Positions 12,937 through 25,443 of a stretch of DNA of 64,000 nucleotides are shown piece after piece. How positions within the stretch are numbered: the first letter of the stretch is position 1; every line of letters starts with the position of its first letter. This DNA comes from Curvularia clavata (Eukaryota). The stretch is taken from positions 186,001-250,000 of the forward strand of contig CP089281.1 of assembly GCA_023920165.1 (NCBI GenBank), written 5' to 3'. The position numbers were made by a program, and so were the translations under genes. The notes beneath the pieces are model-generated. The model saw only the letters and a program-made list of their open reading frames with translations. It had not been told where the DNA came from and made no database searches.

Positions 12937-13881
12937 TGATATTGAGTTGGTTTGGTCAAAGAGGTAAAAAGACGTGTCTCGATCTAGAGTACAATCCAGC
13001 ATGCGTTCTTATGCTTTACAGTGCGTATCTGCGCACTAACCGCAAACGTTCGACACGCATTCTTTGTCAGCATTGAGTAGACAAAGGAGGTATCTGGTTC
13101 TCAGACTAAAGCTTTACTGGTCACAAAAACAGCTTCTATCTAAACATGGCTTCGGTACGTATTAAACACTCTGAATGTTTGAGTTCTGCTCTAGAAAAAA
13201 AGCTATAGAACAAAGAAAAACCTCTTGTACTACTCACAAGTCACAGACGTGGATTGAGTCACTATTCAGCATGACGTTACATCAAGACCAAGTCGAATAC
13301 CTATCCAACGTATGCTACCAAACGTTGAAAAAGGAGTGCCCTACTATCATACACCGTCCAGCAAGAGAAGACAATGACCGGGGAACTCCTACTTGAAGGC
13401 TGGGCTAGAACTTTTCTGTTCAATTCAGCAATGGTGCTTTGTGACATTGCCTGAGTGGCAACCGAAAGCGCTCAAACGCCACCACTGACGCCCAAACTGC
13501 AGAACAAAGATACTCCTTGCAGTCGCTTAGCTTATGGAAATTCGGACGCTCAGCGACTAACAATGAAATTCGGGATGACTGCATACGTGTTCTTGTATTT
13601 GTCATCGAAAGGAATAATGAGTTTCACACGCTATGCTAAAAAGACTCACAAAGATAAATAGACGAAACCGTTGGGAAATGAAAGCAGAATTCTACGAAAG
13701 AACAGCCTCGATGCCGCTAGCCTAGTCCGGCCCTCAGTAGCTATCGCCATGCAATTATACCTACGCTTCTCTCCACGCTTCCCATTGAATCACTGTGCGA
13801 AATAGCGGGATAATCCCAACCCGAAAATCATAATACGCTGGCTCGAATATGTAGATAGCTCTTTCAAACACCTCTCTACCA

Positions 13882-15443
13882 TTAGACCTTTGCAAACGAA
13901 TCAATGTCAACACGCTCATAAAACGACACATGACCAAACGTCTCCCAGTACTGCGCGATGCGGTTATGAGAAATGAGAATGAGCTGAGACGCCATGTAAT
14001 TATCTAGAAAAAGCAGTTAGCAAAAGAAACAGCTGTAGAAAGATGGAGCAACATACCGTCTCTAAACCCTGTAGCTGCAATATGTCCCACACTCCTGACA
14101 ATTCTAGCGCCTTTGAAAATCTCTTCGTTTGCAATCCTCAGCAGACCGTTTGGCCCAATGTCTGGTGCGATGAAGGTGTATTCGCCTCGAGGAATGTTAG
14201 GGTCGCCAGTTAGCTTCACTGCCTCGATCCGGCCGCGGTAAGTTGGGTCGTTGTTCCAAGCTGCCATGTTTTGAGCTGAAGTCTCCGACAAACGTTCGTG
14301 ATAGGATTGCTGAAGAGTGGCGACGCTATCTTCCAGGTCATCTGCGTTTTCGATACCATCGTCTTCGTCGTCCGACATTGCTGCATCGGTAGGCGCAGTG
14401 GTCCAGGAATCACCACTGCTCACGCTTCCTTCGCGTTCCGTCGCTCGCAGAGCCCACTCGGCCCGCTCGGGAAGAGGCCTTGGGTTGTCTGGCTGCATAA
14501 TGACCAAGAACTCGCAACCATGTCCAGCGTAGTCGCCGCACCAGATTCCCTGCCATGGCTTCTGCGGTGTGGGAGTGTAGCACTCTTCTGGCAACGTGGC
14601 CCAAGTTGTGATTTCCTCACCAATGCGCATGTTGATCCTAATCGACTGAGTCGAGAACTGCATCCATTTGCGCAGCCGGAAAGTACAAGTAGATAGTTGG
14701 TTGAGTTGGCCAGGCTTTTGTCCAGATTGCGTGAACCCGGATGGTGGCTGGTCGTTGCGGGTACGCTCAACGCTGGGAAGAGTAAGTGGAGGCCATACAG
14801 GTGTTGCTTCGGTGGTGATGCTCTTGGGCCAGGGTCTGGTCAGCAGCAGATGCGAGTACAGAGCCGAATGCCGAGACAAGTTCATGGGCACTTCCTTTTG
14901 GAGTCGGTGACCCATGTGCCCAACGGCTTCTTCATAGGCCTCCCCATTCAATCTGATTATAGGCGCGTTCAGATCCAGCTGTACCCGGGGACTAAAGGTG
15001 TGAATGATGGCGTCGGGGTGCTGATCCCAGGTTAGAGACTCGGGTATCTGCCGCTCAGCAACAAGCGCATACGCTTCGATGGCATTGAGGCGATGGTCAT
15101 AGCGTGCTATAATGAGTTTCCCAGTGTGCAGGTTGTCAGCAAACCATATCTTTCTCTTCGCAATAAACCAGTAAGGGTGATGCTCTTTGAACAATTCTCG
15201 CCAGGTGAGGTGTGCAGGCTTCGACACATTGGGACCTGAAACCTCTGCTTGAACAAGTTGGTGCCAAAGAATGTCTTGTTGGGCATGCTCTTGCAGCGCT
15301 CTGCTCGCTGAACCTATCGAGAGGAGATCTGACAGCTGCAGGTAACCGAGAATGTGCTGCAACAGCTCCGAAGGAAGACTGAGCAAGGGTGGAGTCTTTG
15401 ATTGAGGCGCTGAACTCTGGTCTTGCGGTGTATACGGCTCCAT
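13882..15443 (-). CDS. F-box protein with an FBXO31/cyclin-D1-binding-like C-terminal domain
   Basis: F-box LLSLPSELLQHILGYL; motifs GIWCGDYAGHGCEFL and EAVKLTGDPNIPRGEYTF. Intron 14056..14004 adds the last exon DNYMASQLILISHNRIAQYWETFGHVSFYERVDIDSFAKV*. Confidence 0.88.
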
Positions 15444-16479
15444 ATGTATGGACTATCAACAAACGCTCTATGGGTGTGCTTTGGGGTGCTTGTGGGGGGA
15501 TCCCATACGGCAATTAATCGACAAGAGAAGCACCCCAATCCCGGTCGCGGAGGATGACGCAAAAGCTACCCCAACGCAACAATAACGGCGACACGCAATG
15601 AACGAGGTATTGAGTCGTTATGTCTGCTTACAAGAGGTAAGGAAGAATGTCTAATTGGTGGCAATACGACAGGTGCGCGTCTCCGGAACGGACCTTGGTA
15701 CCAGTACGTACTTTGCTCTTGGCAACGTGCGGGTAATACCTTCCCACCTTCGACTAGCTGCACTAATGTCGGATAAGACTGGCGTATTGAATCGACGAAT
15801 ACGAGGGCTATGCACGATCAAAGACGTCTCGCAAATCTTGTCAATCACAATCACCTGCTGCTTTGGGCAGTTGGCCTTGTGCGGAGCTGCTGGGACGTGT
15901 GCGATATCGGATGATATGGTGCTCAGACGAAGTGTAGCCGAGGATTCGTTGCGTGCAGTTGGAGTAAGGCGGCTCGCGCGGACGAGATGTATCAATTGAA
16001 GTCAGGACTGAAGTACATCAGCTTGTACCGCGAAAGAAAGGCGGATAAAGAGGTGTGGACTAGGGTGTAGTGTGGAGCTGGTCCATCACGACAGCATGAC
16101 GCGCTTGCGGGGACTCACGTGGCCCGGCCCCGCCACTAGTTTAGTGGCTGTTGGCTGACCACCTCCACCCAACACCATCGGTATCAACAATCGTCTCGAC
16201 GATGAACACACGTATTTGCCACAGGTATCCATTTGTCTCATTTTCATGTAAGCAAGCTATATGGAGAATGCTGGTGTTTGATATTGTTTGGGCAGGGGTG
16301 GATTGCAAAACATACTACCTACCCAAGTATAATAATCTTAAGCAAAGTCTCGCAGTTGCACTCACTCTATATCACAATGATGAAGCCACTAGTTGGAGTA
16401 TTGAAAAATTACTTAGGTATCTCTATATTTGCAGTCTTAACGGATTCCATGACGAAACAGTCCAGGATTAATATCTGTG

Positions 16480-18177
16480 CTAAACCCCCTCTCCAAACAA
16501 CTCTTTATCTAAATCATCAAACAGCTCCAAATTGGTATTCTCTACATTGGCTGGCCCTTCAGTTGGCTCTGCGCCATTCTCTTCATCTTCCTCAAAAGCG
16601 TTAATTAGGGCCAGCAATAGAGGATCATTCTCCTCGACGGTACTCTCAGGCGGTTGCTCTGGAGCGACAATGTCCTCCACATCAGCTGGCTCTTGATTCT
16701 GTTCAATGCCATTGTTGTCCTCTTCATAAGCCTCCATAAAAGCCAGTAACAAGGGATCGTCATCCGGGAGGACACACACTTCCGCTGGTTGTTGTTGAGC
16801 CTCTTTACGTGGCGGCGTGTTCATCTCAGCAACTTTGGAGTTTGTTGGTGATCCCGCCTGCGAAGAACGAGGATCATACTTCCAGCCAAGTCGAGGGAGA
16901 TGTGCCTTCTCGCGGCTACTGTCTTGTTCTCGCATGGCCTTGCTGAACCAGCCGTCCCAGGTCTTATGGCACCGATCGAGCTTGCCGTCCCTAAACGCGA
17001 GCTCTTCGATCCGAGCGCAAGTTCTTTCGTATCGGCGCCTGACTGCAGTATTGAGCTCGCGAAGATTCAGGCCCTTGCGGCAGCAGTTATGCGTGCGTGC
17101 CGTGCAGTCTTCTTCGCCTTGGCATGCGCAGTCAATGTGAAGACACATGTACGTGTTTGCGGTCTTCATGGGGTATGAAGCCAGATTCAGCGATGGGATC
17201 TTGGGACAGTCGACAATATCCGCATCGGAGGCCTCCGCATTCTTTGAACATGACCGCTTGCCTTTTTTAGTGGGCTGCGAAGTTTGACAAGCAGCCTGAT
17301 AGGCATCGAACACTGCCAACTTCTGCCATTCAGGGTCTGTTGGCTTGCGAGTACTGTCGCCATGGAGGTAATGGTCGTCAATGAGCTGCTTCTGCTCCAG
17401 ATATCGACAGTGATCCGCCTCGGCCTTTGCGGCCCTCTGTTGTCGAAGGGCTTCATCGAATTCTTGAGCGACCTTTTTGGCTGGTCGATGGTCTGCCTCT
17501 AAAGCCGAACTTGGTGCACGGCGCTTTTGGCCGTGTTGTTCAACAACAATAGCAGTCATGGCACTATCCCCAGGTCCGCTTCCCACAAAGGTAGCCCGAA
17601 TATCAACAGGGTGCGCTTGTTGGGCTACAATGGCTCCCAAATCTCGTGCTCGCTGCATTTTTGTTTCTTGTTGACCAGCGAATTTGGCGTACCACTGCCT
17701 TTCCTTATGCGCAATCTCGTTGCTCTTCTCTACGATCAGGTCGAAGGCACTCTTGTATTCTGGAGTCCCAAGTCCATGCCTTTGCATTGTGTGTCCAAAT
17801 ACGCAAAACTCAATATAGAGCTCATGGCGCTCCCGAGGTGAAAGACATCGCACGTTCCATAGAGCGCGGGGAATATATAGAGGATACCGGCTCTTTGGTG
17901 GTTGGTAGACGTAGTCAGGACGGATAGCAGGTACGATGGGGGAAGGAAATTGGGTCAACAAGTCCACCGCGGCAGCTTGTAACCACGCCTGAGAGAATGT
18001 GAAATACGAAGACGAGTTGGCCAGCTCGAGCGGAAACTGATGAGCAAGAGCATTATGTTGAGGGCCATGGGCGGAACTGGTGCAACTTGACTTTTCTTGT
18101 CCTTGAGCTAGCTGAGTCTGCATGTGTGCGGCCTTGAATCGCATCTGCGATGTGATGGCCGGGGAAGGGAAAGACAT
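16480..18177 (-). CDS. Hypothetical protein (about 565 aa) with a Cys/His cluster and an acidic repeated tail
   Basis: Single long ORF. NLS-like KRRAP..PAKK, cluster CLHIDCAC..DC..THNCCRKG, and DPLLLA..AxEED repeated twice. Start codon uncertain. Confidence 0.7.
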   Translation of the reverse strand: MSFPSPAITSQMRFKAAHMQTQLAQGQEKSSCTSSAHGPQHNALAHQFPLELANSSSYFTFSQAWLQAAAVDLLTQFPSPIVPAIRPDYVYQPPKSRYPLYIPRALWNVRCLSPRERHELYIEFCVFGHTMQRHGLGTPEYKSAFDLIVEKSNEIAHKERQWYAKFAGQQETKMQRARDLGAIVAQQAHPVDIRATFVGSGPGDSAMTAIVVEQHGQKRRAPSSALEADHRPAKKVAQEFDEALRQQRAAKAEADHCRYLEQKQLIDDHYLHGDSTRKPTDPEWQKLAVFDAYQAACQTSQPTKKGKRSCSKNAEASDADIVDCPKIPSLNLASYPMKTANTYMCLHIDCACQGEEDCTARTHNCCRKGLNLRELNTAVRRRYERTCARIEELAFRDGKLDRCHKTWDGWFSKAMREQDSSREKAHLPRLGWKYDPRSSQAGSPTNSKVAEMNTPPRKEAQQQPAEVCVLPDDDPLLLAFMEAYEEDNNGIEQNQEPADVEDIVAPEQPPESTVEENDPLLLALINAFEEDEENGAEPTEGPANVENTNLELFDDLDKELFGEGV

Positions 18178-18848
18178 ATTGACCAAAGGTTGATAACGAC
18201 GAGTGACTGCAGGGCTGGCAGAAAGGTTGCAAGAACGAAGCCGAAATAAGTTTTGGGCTTTGTTTGGATAATGGAGGCACTTTCGGTCGGTAAGAAGCTA
18301 GTAATGCTATGAGATATCAACGGGTTGAGAAGTTGTATGCGGAGATGAAAGTGCAATGCGGTGTCCAAAGCAGTGAGCAAACGCACCGATTGATATACCC
18401 TCCTACAACACCACGATTGGTCAAAAGTTTATGCCTATTATCTTCTTAGTTGAAAGAAAATGTTGTGACTCCATCGCATAATGATAGGGATTATAAGCCA
18501 ATGTCGAGCTTGAGAGCAGCGTAATGTGGGGGCTGCTTCATTCTGAGTGGCTCAATACAGCCATCAAAAAGGAGCAGAACTATGGTTGGCGTTGGAATCA
18601 CAATCATAACCACAGTTATTACTGAAAACGACGCGTACTTAAAGCCAATGATAGATGCTAGTCCATGTATCTTTCCAGAACTATCGAACTATGACTAGGC
18701 AGATACGATGATACAAACTGGATACTCGGAGAAGTACGTGACCATAGGTGATATGCGATTTGAGGAGAAACAGTCTTGCATTTGTTTGCGGTTTTTCCTT
18801 TTCTCCTATTTTGCTTTGCGTGTGCGGATTCAATGTGTTCAATCAGAA

Positions 18849-19774
18849 TGATGCAGAGAGGAAAGCCTTTGGTGAAACGCGGTGTCAGTTTTGAGACATG
18901 TGTCTTGAACGACGAATTGCAAAGTCTCAAATCACAATTAAGGCTAAGTAAGTTCTTGGAGGATGTTTCAACAACATGATCATGTCGTATTGTGTTATGG
19001 TTGCTAGAAATTCTACAAGTTTGGTTATGTGTATACGCCATGGGTGCACAGCCTCGTCTCTCTCAACAGCGCCTACTTGGCAAAAAGTTAGATTCGACTC
19101 TGTTCCTGGTGGTCAACAGAATATACCGAATTCTCTGGATACAAGATCATCGTCGCAGGCCCGAACCGCTCAAGATTCCAGTCGAGTTTTTTACTACCCG
19201 ACTTTTAAGACGAGTGCGAGAAAGTATCCGCGAGTACGCACTGGAAGACCCTCCAAATCTCGACATAGACTGGGAGTGCCGAGTTTTCAGACCAATAATC
19301 GCCACTTTGGACCTTACCGGTATCATGGATGTATGCGAAACTGATGCGGAATACATCCTTCTCCTTTCTACAACGCTGGCGTTGGGTTTTGAACTCTTGC
19401 TGCTAGCGGGAAACAGCAAAGCCGCGCGGCTCCGGACGTTCCTTGCGCGGGCTTTTGAAGAGTTCTTTGTGGAGCCGGATATCTGTGTCGCGGTAGAGAA
19501 CGTGTTGGAGGTTGAGCAGGGGCGACTGGCCAAGGCGTTTGTCAATGTGCAAGTGGTGCGCGCAATCCAGCATGCACGGGGCCTACTTCCGGATAACGAA
19601 TTGTGCACTGCTGCATGGAAAAAGCAGTTAACGTCACAGAAGCCAGAGTGTATCCTCGACGGAGCTCTTTGTAAAGATGGCAAAGGCTGCATGTCGAGGT
19701 CGCTGACGTCCAGGCGGAGGATGAGCAGTGTAGAAAAGCGCGGATTAACAAAGATGCATTATTCAAAGTCTTAG
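18849..19774 (+). CDS. Hypothetical protein, possibly a divergent BTB/POZ-like protein; 5' structure uncertain
   Basis: 260-codon open frame 18992..19774 with helical, protein-like composition. Candidate upstream exon and intron (GTAAGT near 18949). The BTB resemblance is only a weak visual impression. Confidence 0.4.
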
Positions 19775-20224
19775 CTTACAGTCATTCTTGCTCAGGAAAA
19801 TAAGGCTAGACACGAAATCGGGTAGTCAAATAACAATCGCCAATAGTCAACTGCATGAAGAAGATGCGTATCTACGCAGGAGGCAATCCCACTTTGTCCT
19901 CCTAGTCTAATCACGTGATAATGCAGCACGATATAAGCCACTGAGTTATATGCCAGAGCAGTCATCAGCATCTGTGAAAAGTAAAATGGCCAAGCCGATC
20001 ATGTGATCCGCTGTGATGTTTGTCGAGATAAAGGAGAGAGCAGTAAGGTGTCACGTGGATGTATCGTGCTCTAAGGCTAACGTCCCCAGATGTCGAGGTG
20101 GAGTGGGACAACAAGCTAGAATCTTCTGGAAGGTGTCCGTGCGGAACGCGCTAGGCAGGCGCGAGTTGAAAACGCGTCGCGTAGGTAGCGTTGTTAGCAG
20201 CTGAGAGCGCTACCCCACCATACC

Positions 20225-20740
20225 ATGGCCGGTCTTTCCACTTTGCGTGCTGAAAGCGAATTTTGCTTGTATCGAGTTGAAGACAGAACCTCTTGGGCTC
20301 GTTACGTCGAGGGAGAGGGCATCTGGGCAAAGATGAGACAGGGTGACCTTAGTTTTTGGTTCCTGAGCCACCGGTTTTTCCGTCCCGCGTTCAAAGGGCA
20401 TCTTTATTGGCGGTCCGGGCTCGCATCTCCTTTCATTTCGGCATACGCATCGTTAGCTGCAGCAGAAAGGGAAGCCATGCGGCGCCACAAGGCAGGAATG
20501 CAGAATGTTACCATCTACAAGATCAACGTGCACGCTGGTCCTGAGAGTCTCCAGTATCGCTATGTTCCAGGTCTCGCCGAGAAGCTAGGCGTTTGTATCC
20601 ACGAACGTGCGAAGCACAACTCCACGTTTGAATGGGTTTTCCTCTACCATATTCCGGCTAGCGCAGTGACTGTCTATCGTAGATTTGATTGTGGCGCGGC
20701 CAAGCGCTATGGTGGAAGGCGGGGTCGCTGGTTGGAGTGA
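20225..20740 (+). CDS. Small ADP-ribosyltransferase-fold protein (R-S-E type; resembles fungal DUF7587-like proteins)
   Basis: Strong start ACCATGG. Ordered motifs LYRV, HLYW, SPFISA and FEWVFLYHIP match the R / S / E catalytic layout of cholera/pertussis-toxin-like ARTs. No signal peptide. Confidence 0.65.
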   Translation: MAGLSTLRAESEFCLYRVEDRTSWARYVEGEGIWAKMRQGDLSFWFLSHRFFRPAFKGHLYWRSGLASPFISAYASLAAAEREAMRRHKAGMQNVTIYKINVHAGPESLQYRYVPGLAEKLGVCIHERAKHNSTFEWVFLYHIPASAVTVYRRFDCGAAKRYGGRRGRWLE

Positions 20741-21072
20741 TTTGTCATAACCAAGCGACATGGTGATGGGCGGGTGGTAGTGTGGAAAGACTTGTTATGA
20801 TTGCATGACAGTACGAGCGCGCTTGGTATTACGAATCTTGTAACGACAGTATTTCGGTTTTGTAGTGATTATTAGAATGCTATTATCACATGGTAGCTAC
20901 CGAGCATGAGCCACGTGATGCAGCGCCAGCCATATGACATCGCAAAACAATGTCGAGGGTCTCTATACCTTTAGCTCGTCAGAATGATTGAAATGGGTCT
21001 ATTATATTGTCTTTCTTGTTTTTATTTTCATGATTTTGCTTAGCTCGCATGGCCTATCGACACCGCGATGGC

Positions 21073-23235
21073 CTACACTGTACGTGTTCCCATCGCCCTT
21101 GTCACCACATACGATGCGATCTTGTCGCAACTGAGCGGCTCGAAGATGTCAATCCGCCACTTCTGCTTAGCCATATCGTAAAGCTCTTGTGCTTCAATCA
21201 ACCCATCCTGCAGCTCTGCAATCCAGGAGAGCATCACCTCTCCACCTTGAGTGCCTGCCACTGTCACCTGAGTAGCTCTCATCAAACGCAATAGTTCTGC
21301 CCATGCCATGAGGTTCAGGAAGGCTTCGTGCATATAAGATACCAAATCGGTAAAAGGGCGGTTCCATCCCTTGAACAACATGATGGCGGGCTGGATGACA
21401 TCTGCATGCCAATCCGGTTCAATCCCCTGGGTTTCGAAGAGCTGAACTGCTTCAATCGCATGTGTCGCGACATGGTCATTGATCAGGAGAAGCTGTGCCA
21501 CCGAAACTTCCTCCTGCGACGTGCACATGACAAAGTCGCTTCGTTGTGGGAATTCGATGCGGAATTCCTCCTCTAGTGGCGTCATCTGTACATTGAAGAT
21601 AGCTTCACGCTGTGCGTTGATACGATCTGCCAATGTCTCCTGGCTTGCAGGGACCTGAGAGTGCTCTTGGTAGTCCCGGTAATCTCTACTAGATCCTACC
21701 ACTGGGAGTGTCGGAATGCTAGTAACAGGGGAAGACTGTATCTGTTCGAGAAGTGAGTTGAATAATTCAGAGTTTTGTGTGAGGCAAGACATACGATTTG
21801 ACATGGTCTCGGGCTGGTGCATCATCTTCTTGGTTTCTGATTCCATCTCCAAGATAGCGGCTCGGTCGCGGCCCTCCAGACGTTCCAGCGTTGGTGTATG
21901 TTGCCGCCGTGGTGTGTCTGCAGGCAACTCTGCAGTAAAAACCTGGGCAGAAAGCTCAGTCACCGACCCGTTTGGTGTCATTTGGTTTGGAACAACTTCC
22001 TTGTAAACATATTTCTCAGCGTTGGGATTGTAAGCTAATGGCTGCAGCAGATAGCCGTCGAGACGAGATTCCCGCAGAGGCTGCTCATCGGCGGATGAAC
22101 ATTGTCCTACATGCTCATCAGTTTCATTGATGGCTTTGGAAGCTTCGTATTTGTCACCCAGCTCCCTATCATCACGCATATTGGTGCTTAGGTGGCAGGA
22201 GTACTCAAATGGATCTGACCCAGGTCGGGAAGACTTACCAACTGGAGCGGTTTTCATACCCCAACGCATGTCGTCCACGTTTGCATCGCGCTTTACTTGG
22301 GACCAGCAGGTAGATGCAGAACCGGGGCGAGATCTATTCGAACCAGGGATATGGTTAGCAATTGGTGCAGTTGCCGGTACGCGAGAAGGTCTGCAGGGCG
22401 AAGATGGAGAACCCAAGGGCGTGGTTGCAGTCGAAGATACGCCGTCCCGTTGTGCCCACAAAGATGGGCGGGCATTCTCCCATACCTCTGGAGGCATCTC
22501 TGGCTCTTGCTGCTTAGCTGCGCCGTCTTTGTAGGAAGTCATAAATGGAGGAGTAAGCTGCGCTGCATTGCTGCGTGTCTTCATCTCCCGCTTTGGAACT
22601 GATTTTGCTAGTCGCTCAGCGACCGAATCATTGAATACTGGAGTCTTTGACTTTCTTGGGGTTTGAGACTCGCCCGGCACTCCTGGACGGTACGGAGGCG
22701 GAGTGTCGCCGTCAACGCGCCTCCACTCCTTCTTCGACACACTCCTCCTGTGCTTGTGGGAGCAAAAGTATTCTGCACACTGCTCTATTATCTCTGGGTT
22801 TCGAGGTGTACCGCGGCTGTGGCCTTCAGGTTGCTTACACCGGCACACAATGTCCTTCTCCCGACTGGTGTAATGGAAGCTCTTCACGAACACACCTTCT
22901 TTGGCCCACTCTATTTCGCGTCCTTGGCTGTATTTCCGGAATTCGTTAGCGGTGCACGACTCCACATTGTGGCGAGCCATAAACAAAGCCAAGCTTGTGT
23001 GCAGATGTATGGATTCTGAGGCGACGCTCAAGAACTTCTCGCCGTGTCGGATTGGATTGTTACACCGGCATATATGCTCTCGATCCAAGCTAATGTAGTG
23101 AAGTGCATGCTCATGTGTCTTTGGGTCTACGTTTAGGCGCGGAGAAAGCTGATTCGCGAGGCGGATGTCGATTTGTTTGGTTCGTCTGTGACGCACGAAC
23201 ACAAAGTCGCGCTTTTCTTCCTGCTGTTGTGACAT
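21073..23235 (-). CDS. Hypothetical protein (720 aa): duplicated His/Cys motif, disordered middle, helical C-terminus
   Basis: Uninterrupted 2.1-kb ORF with AAAATG start context. Confidence 0.8.
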   Translation of the reverse strand: MSQQQEEKRDFVFVRHRRTKQIDIRLANQLSPRLNVDPKTHEHALHYISLDREHICRCNNPIRHGEKFLSVASESIHLHTSLALFMARHNVESCTANEFRKYSQGREIEWAKEGVFVKSFHYTSREKDIVCRCKQPEGHSRGTPRNPEIIEQCAEYFCSHKHRRSVSKKEWRRVDGDTPPPYRPGVPGESQTPRKSKTPVFNDSVAERLAKSVPKREMKTRSNAAQLTPPFMTSYKDGAAKQQEPEMPPEVWENARPSLWAQRDGVSSTATTPLGSPSSPCRPSRVPATAPIANHIPGSNRSRPGSASTCWSQVKRDANVDDMRWGMKTAPVGKSSRPGSDPFEYSCHLSTNMRDDRELGDKYEASKAINETDEHVGQCSSADEQPLRESRLDGYLLQPLAYNPNAEKYVYKEVVPNQMTPNGSVTELSAQVFTAELPADTPRRQHTPTLERLEGRDRAAILEMESETKKMMHQPETMSNRMSCLTQNSELFNSLLEQIQSSPVTSIPTLPVVGSSRDYRDYQEHSQVPASQETLADRINAQREAIFNVQMTPLEEEFRIEFPQRSDFVMCTSQEEVSVAQLLLINDHVATHAIEAVQLFETQGIEPDWHADVIQPAIMLFKGWNRPFTDLVSYMHEAFLNLMAWAELLRLMRATQVTVAGTQGGEVMLSWIAELQDGLIEAQELYDMAKQKWRIDIFEPLSCDKIASYVVTRAMGTRTV

Positions 23236-24711
23236 TTTGCTTGCCTAGGGGAGAGCAAGCTGGAGGAACCTGGAATTTTTGGACACAAATTCTTCTTCAA
23301 CCAGCTGTGGTGCTCAGTCAGAGCGTATAGGTCTGGCTGTCAGCAATTTATTTTAATATATCTCTTTGGGCTGCTATACAACAATGGCGGAAGCAACAAT
23401 GGCATGGCACATTGTGTAGATCATGCGAATCGAAGTGTACAACAGCGTTAACCATGGAACATGCACAATGCCATTGTAAGGCCTTTTTTCTTGAATAACA
23501 TTGTACGTCAACAATAGAGACATGGTGTTTGGAAGTCTACAAGAACACTGTGGCGTGGGGTCCTTAGACTCCGTGCTGCAGGTGATGCAATACCACTTCT
23601 CGTGTTCAAAACACTGATGGAGATATTTCTCCACAGCACTAATCACATTGAGGAGTCTGGAGAGAATGCTCAAAGGCTTATTTTCGACATATGACGTTGA
23701 AGTGTCTGCAGGCATCGCACGTTGCTAGTATCCCGGATCCGTCGCGAGATGTTGACTCCATATATGGTTTGCTATCTAGTTCACATATTCAAGTACATGT
23801 GTTGCACTATACTGTATCCTAGCATCAAGCGATTACTCCTTTGGCTGAATGGGGTGGGCCTTCTAGCACGAATATTAACATATAGGTATTTGGGCTGCAA
23901 GCTAGGAGGGGCGCAGTCGTCGGCCGTATCAGGACCTTGGTTCAAATCGGAAAGCGGTCGTCGAGCAACTTCAGTATCGGGCGACCAAACACTTGATTTT
24001 TCTCTTTTGTTTTCTCGTTCGGAGTGAGAGGGAAGGGGAAGTGGAAGTGGAAGACCATGGCAGTCAGGTGAGCAAGCTACTAAATTAAGATCAACACAAT
24101 GACTTGTCTACAAGTAGGTACCTCATTTTTCCCCCAGTGTTCAGATTGACATCGATCGATGCCATGTAGCTCTTCATGCTGGAACAGCGTCCTGTCTGCT
24201 CAGGACTAAAGTGGTATGTCACTACTGCCTTGCCCACACCCGTTCGGGCATAGCGCCTTGGCAAGTCTACTGCCTTTAGCCCTAGTCTCCGGCGCGAATA
24301 GCAATCATCCTTGAACCACTATCTTGTCTTTTTGACCGTTTGTGTGCCGTTTGGGTCATGCCCAGGCTAATGCAGGTAACCTCCTCCCTACAGCTAGTAG
24401 AACTTCCCATCGCGCAGAACCATGAAAATCTTCAAGCAATATCACGCTTCGAGCTTCTGTCCTACAAAACTTAAACAAGAACAGTGATATACCTGAGTAA
24501 GACTACAATCTATTGCCAAGATTAAACCGTAAAACTCCAGCGGTCTTGCACGTACTCAAAGACATATCTTCAACACTGCAGGGGATTTCAACAATGATGC
24601 ACCCCTGTTCTCTTGTCAGACTCTGCTATGATCGCCAATTCGGAGGCTCCAGAGAACGACCTACTGTGTCAAAGTATGCCTTGCAAAGTGCGAAGACTGT
24701 ACAATACCAGA

Positions 24712-25443
24712 CCTTTCGCACCTTTAAAGACAGCGTATCGGGATTAGGTCGAACGACTCAATCGTAGAGGTATAGATATAGTCAGCAAGGAACATTTTAT
24801 CTATCTGTATAGTCCCGCTAGAGACACAGCGCTGACTAAAAACAACATTAGAGCTGGACAGGCTGCTACAGGTCTATGCTCTTTTACGCTGAAAAGAGTG
24901 CTAAAAGATATTCTAAAATCTCTAGTTAAGGCCATATCCTAGAAGCCACTCTTGCGAGCACCAGTGCGGCTGATGTAATGCTTCAAACACCTATCACACT
25001 AATAACGCCAGTGATAGCGGGGGCGCTTACATCCTTGCATAATGTGATCAAGCAAGACACCAACATGCCTAACAAGACAAGGGGTCGCATACAGAAGCTC
25101 GCAAATGCTGCTCAGATCTCGTTCGCCGAGCGCGTCCTCCTAAAGGACTGCAACCGTTTTGTCTTCAAGATTGATAGCAAAGCTAAGACTCGTAGGTCGA
25201 CCAGGCCCATCGTGCTAGAAAAGGCGAAAGTGATGAGTTTTGAGGACCTGGAAGAGGCGAAGGTGAGGCGTGCGGAAAAGAACAAGGCTGCAGCACAGAA
25301 GAGATAGCGTGGCCGCAAGCGCAAGGAACCAGCGTCAGAAGCTCGACCGCCATTAAGTAAAGCAGTGAGAACTAGCGACACGATAGCATCAGAGCATAGT
25401 CCAGCGACCTCATGGATAACCCCGGTTGCAAAGATGTACTAGA
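24712..25443 (+). mobile_element. 3' remnant of a second pogo/Fot1 transposase (same family as 8706..10492)
   Basis: FAPLKTAYRD*VERL...KEHFIYLYSPARD...NIRAG, then QKLANAAQ..KAKTRRSTR..KAKVMSFEDLEEAK..RGRKRK..WITPVAKMY*. Contains CAG>TAG-type stops. Confidence 0.85.

Noticed and set aside
23855..24015. tRNA-like pieces (GGGCC..TAGC, GGCTGCAA, GGTTCAAATC, T-tract) suggesting a tRNA-Cys pseudogene or SINE
   Set aside because: T-stem and acceptor stem do not pair and there is no proper A box, so it may be chance.
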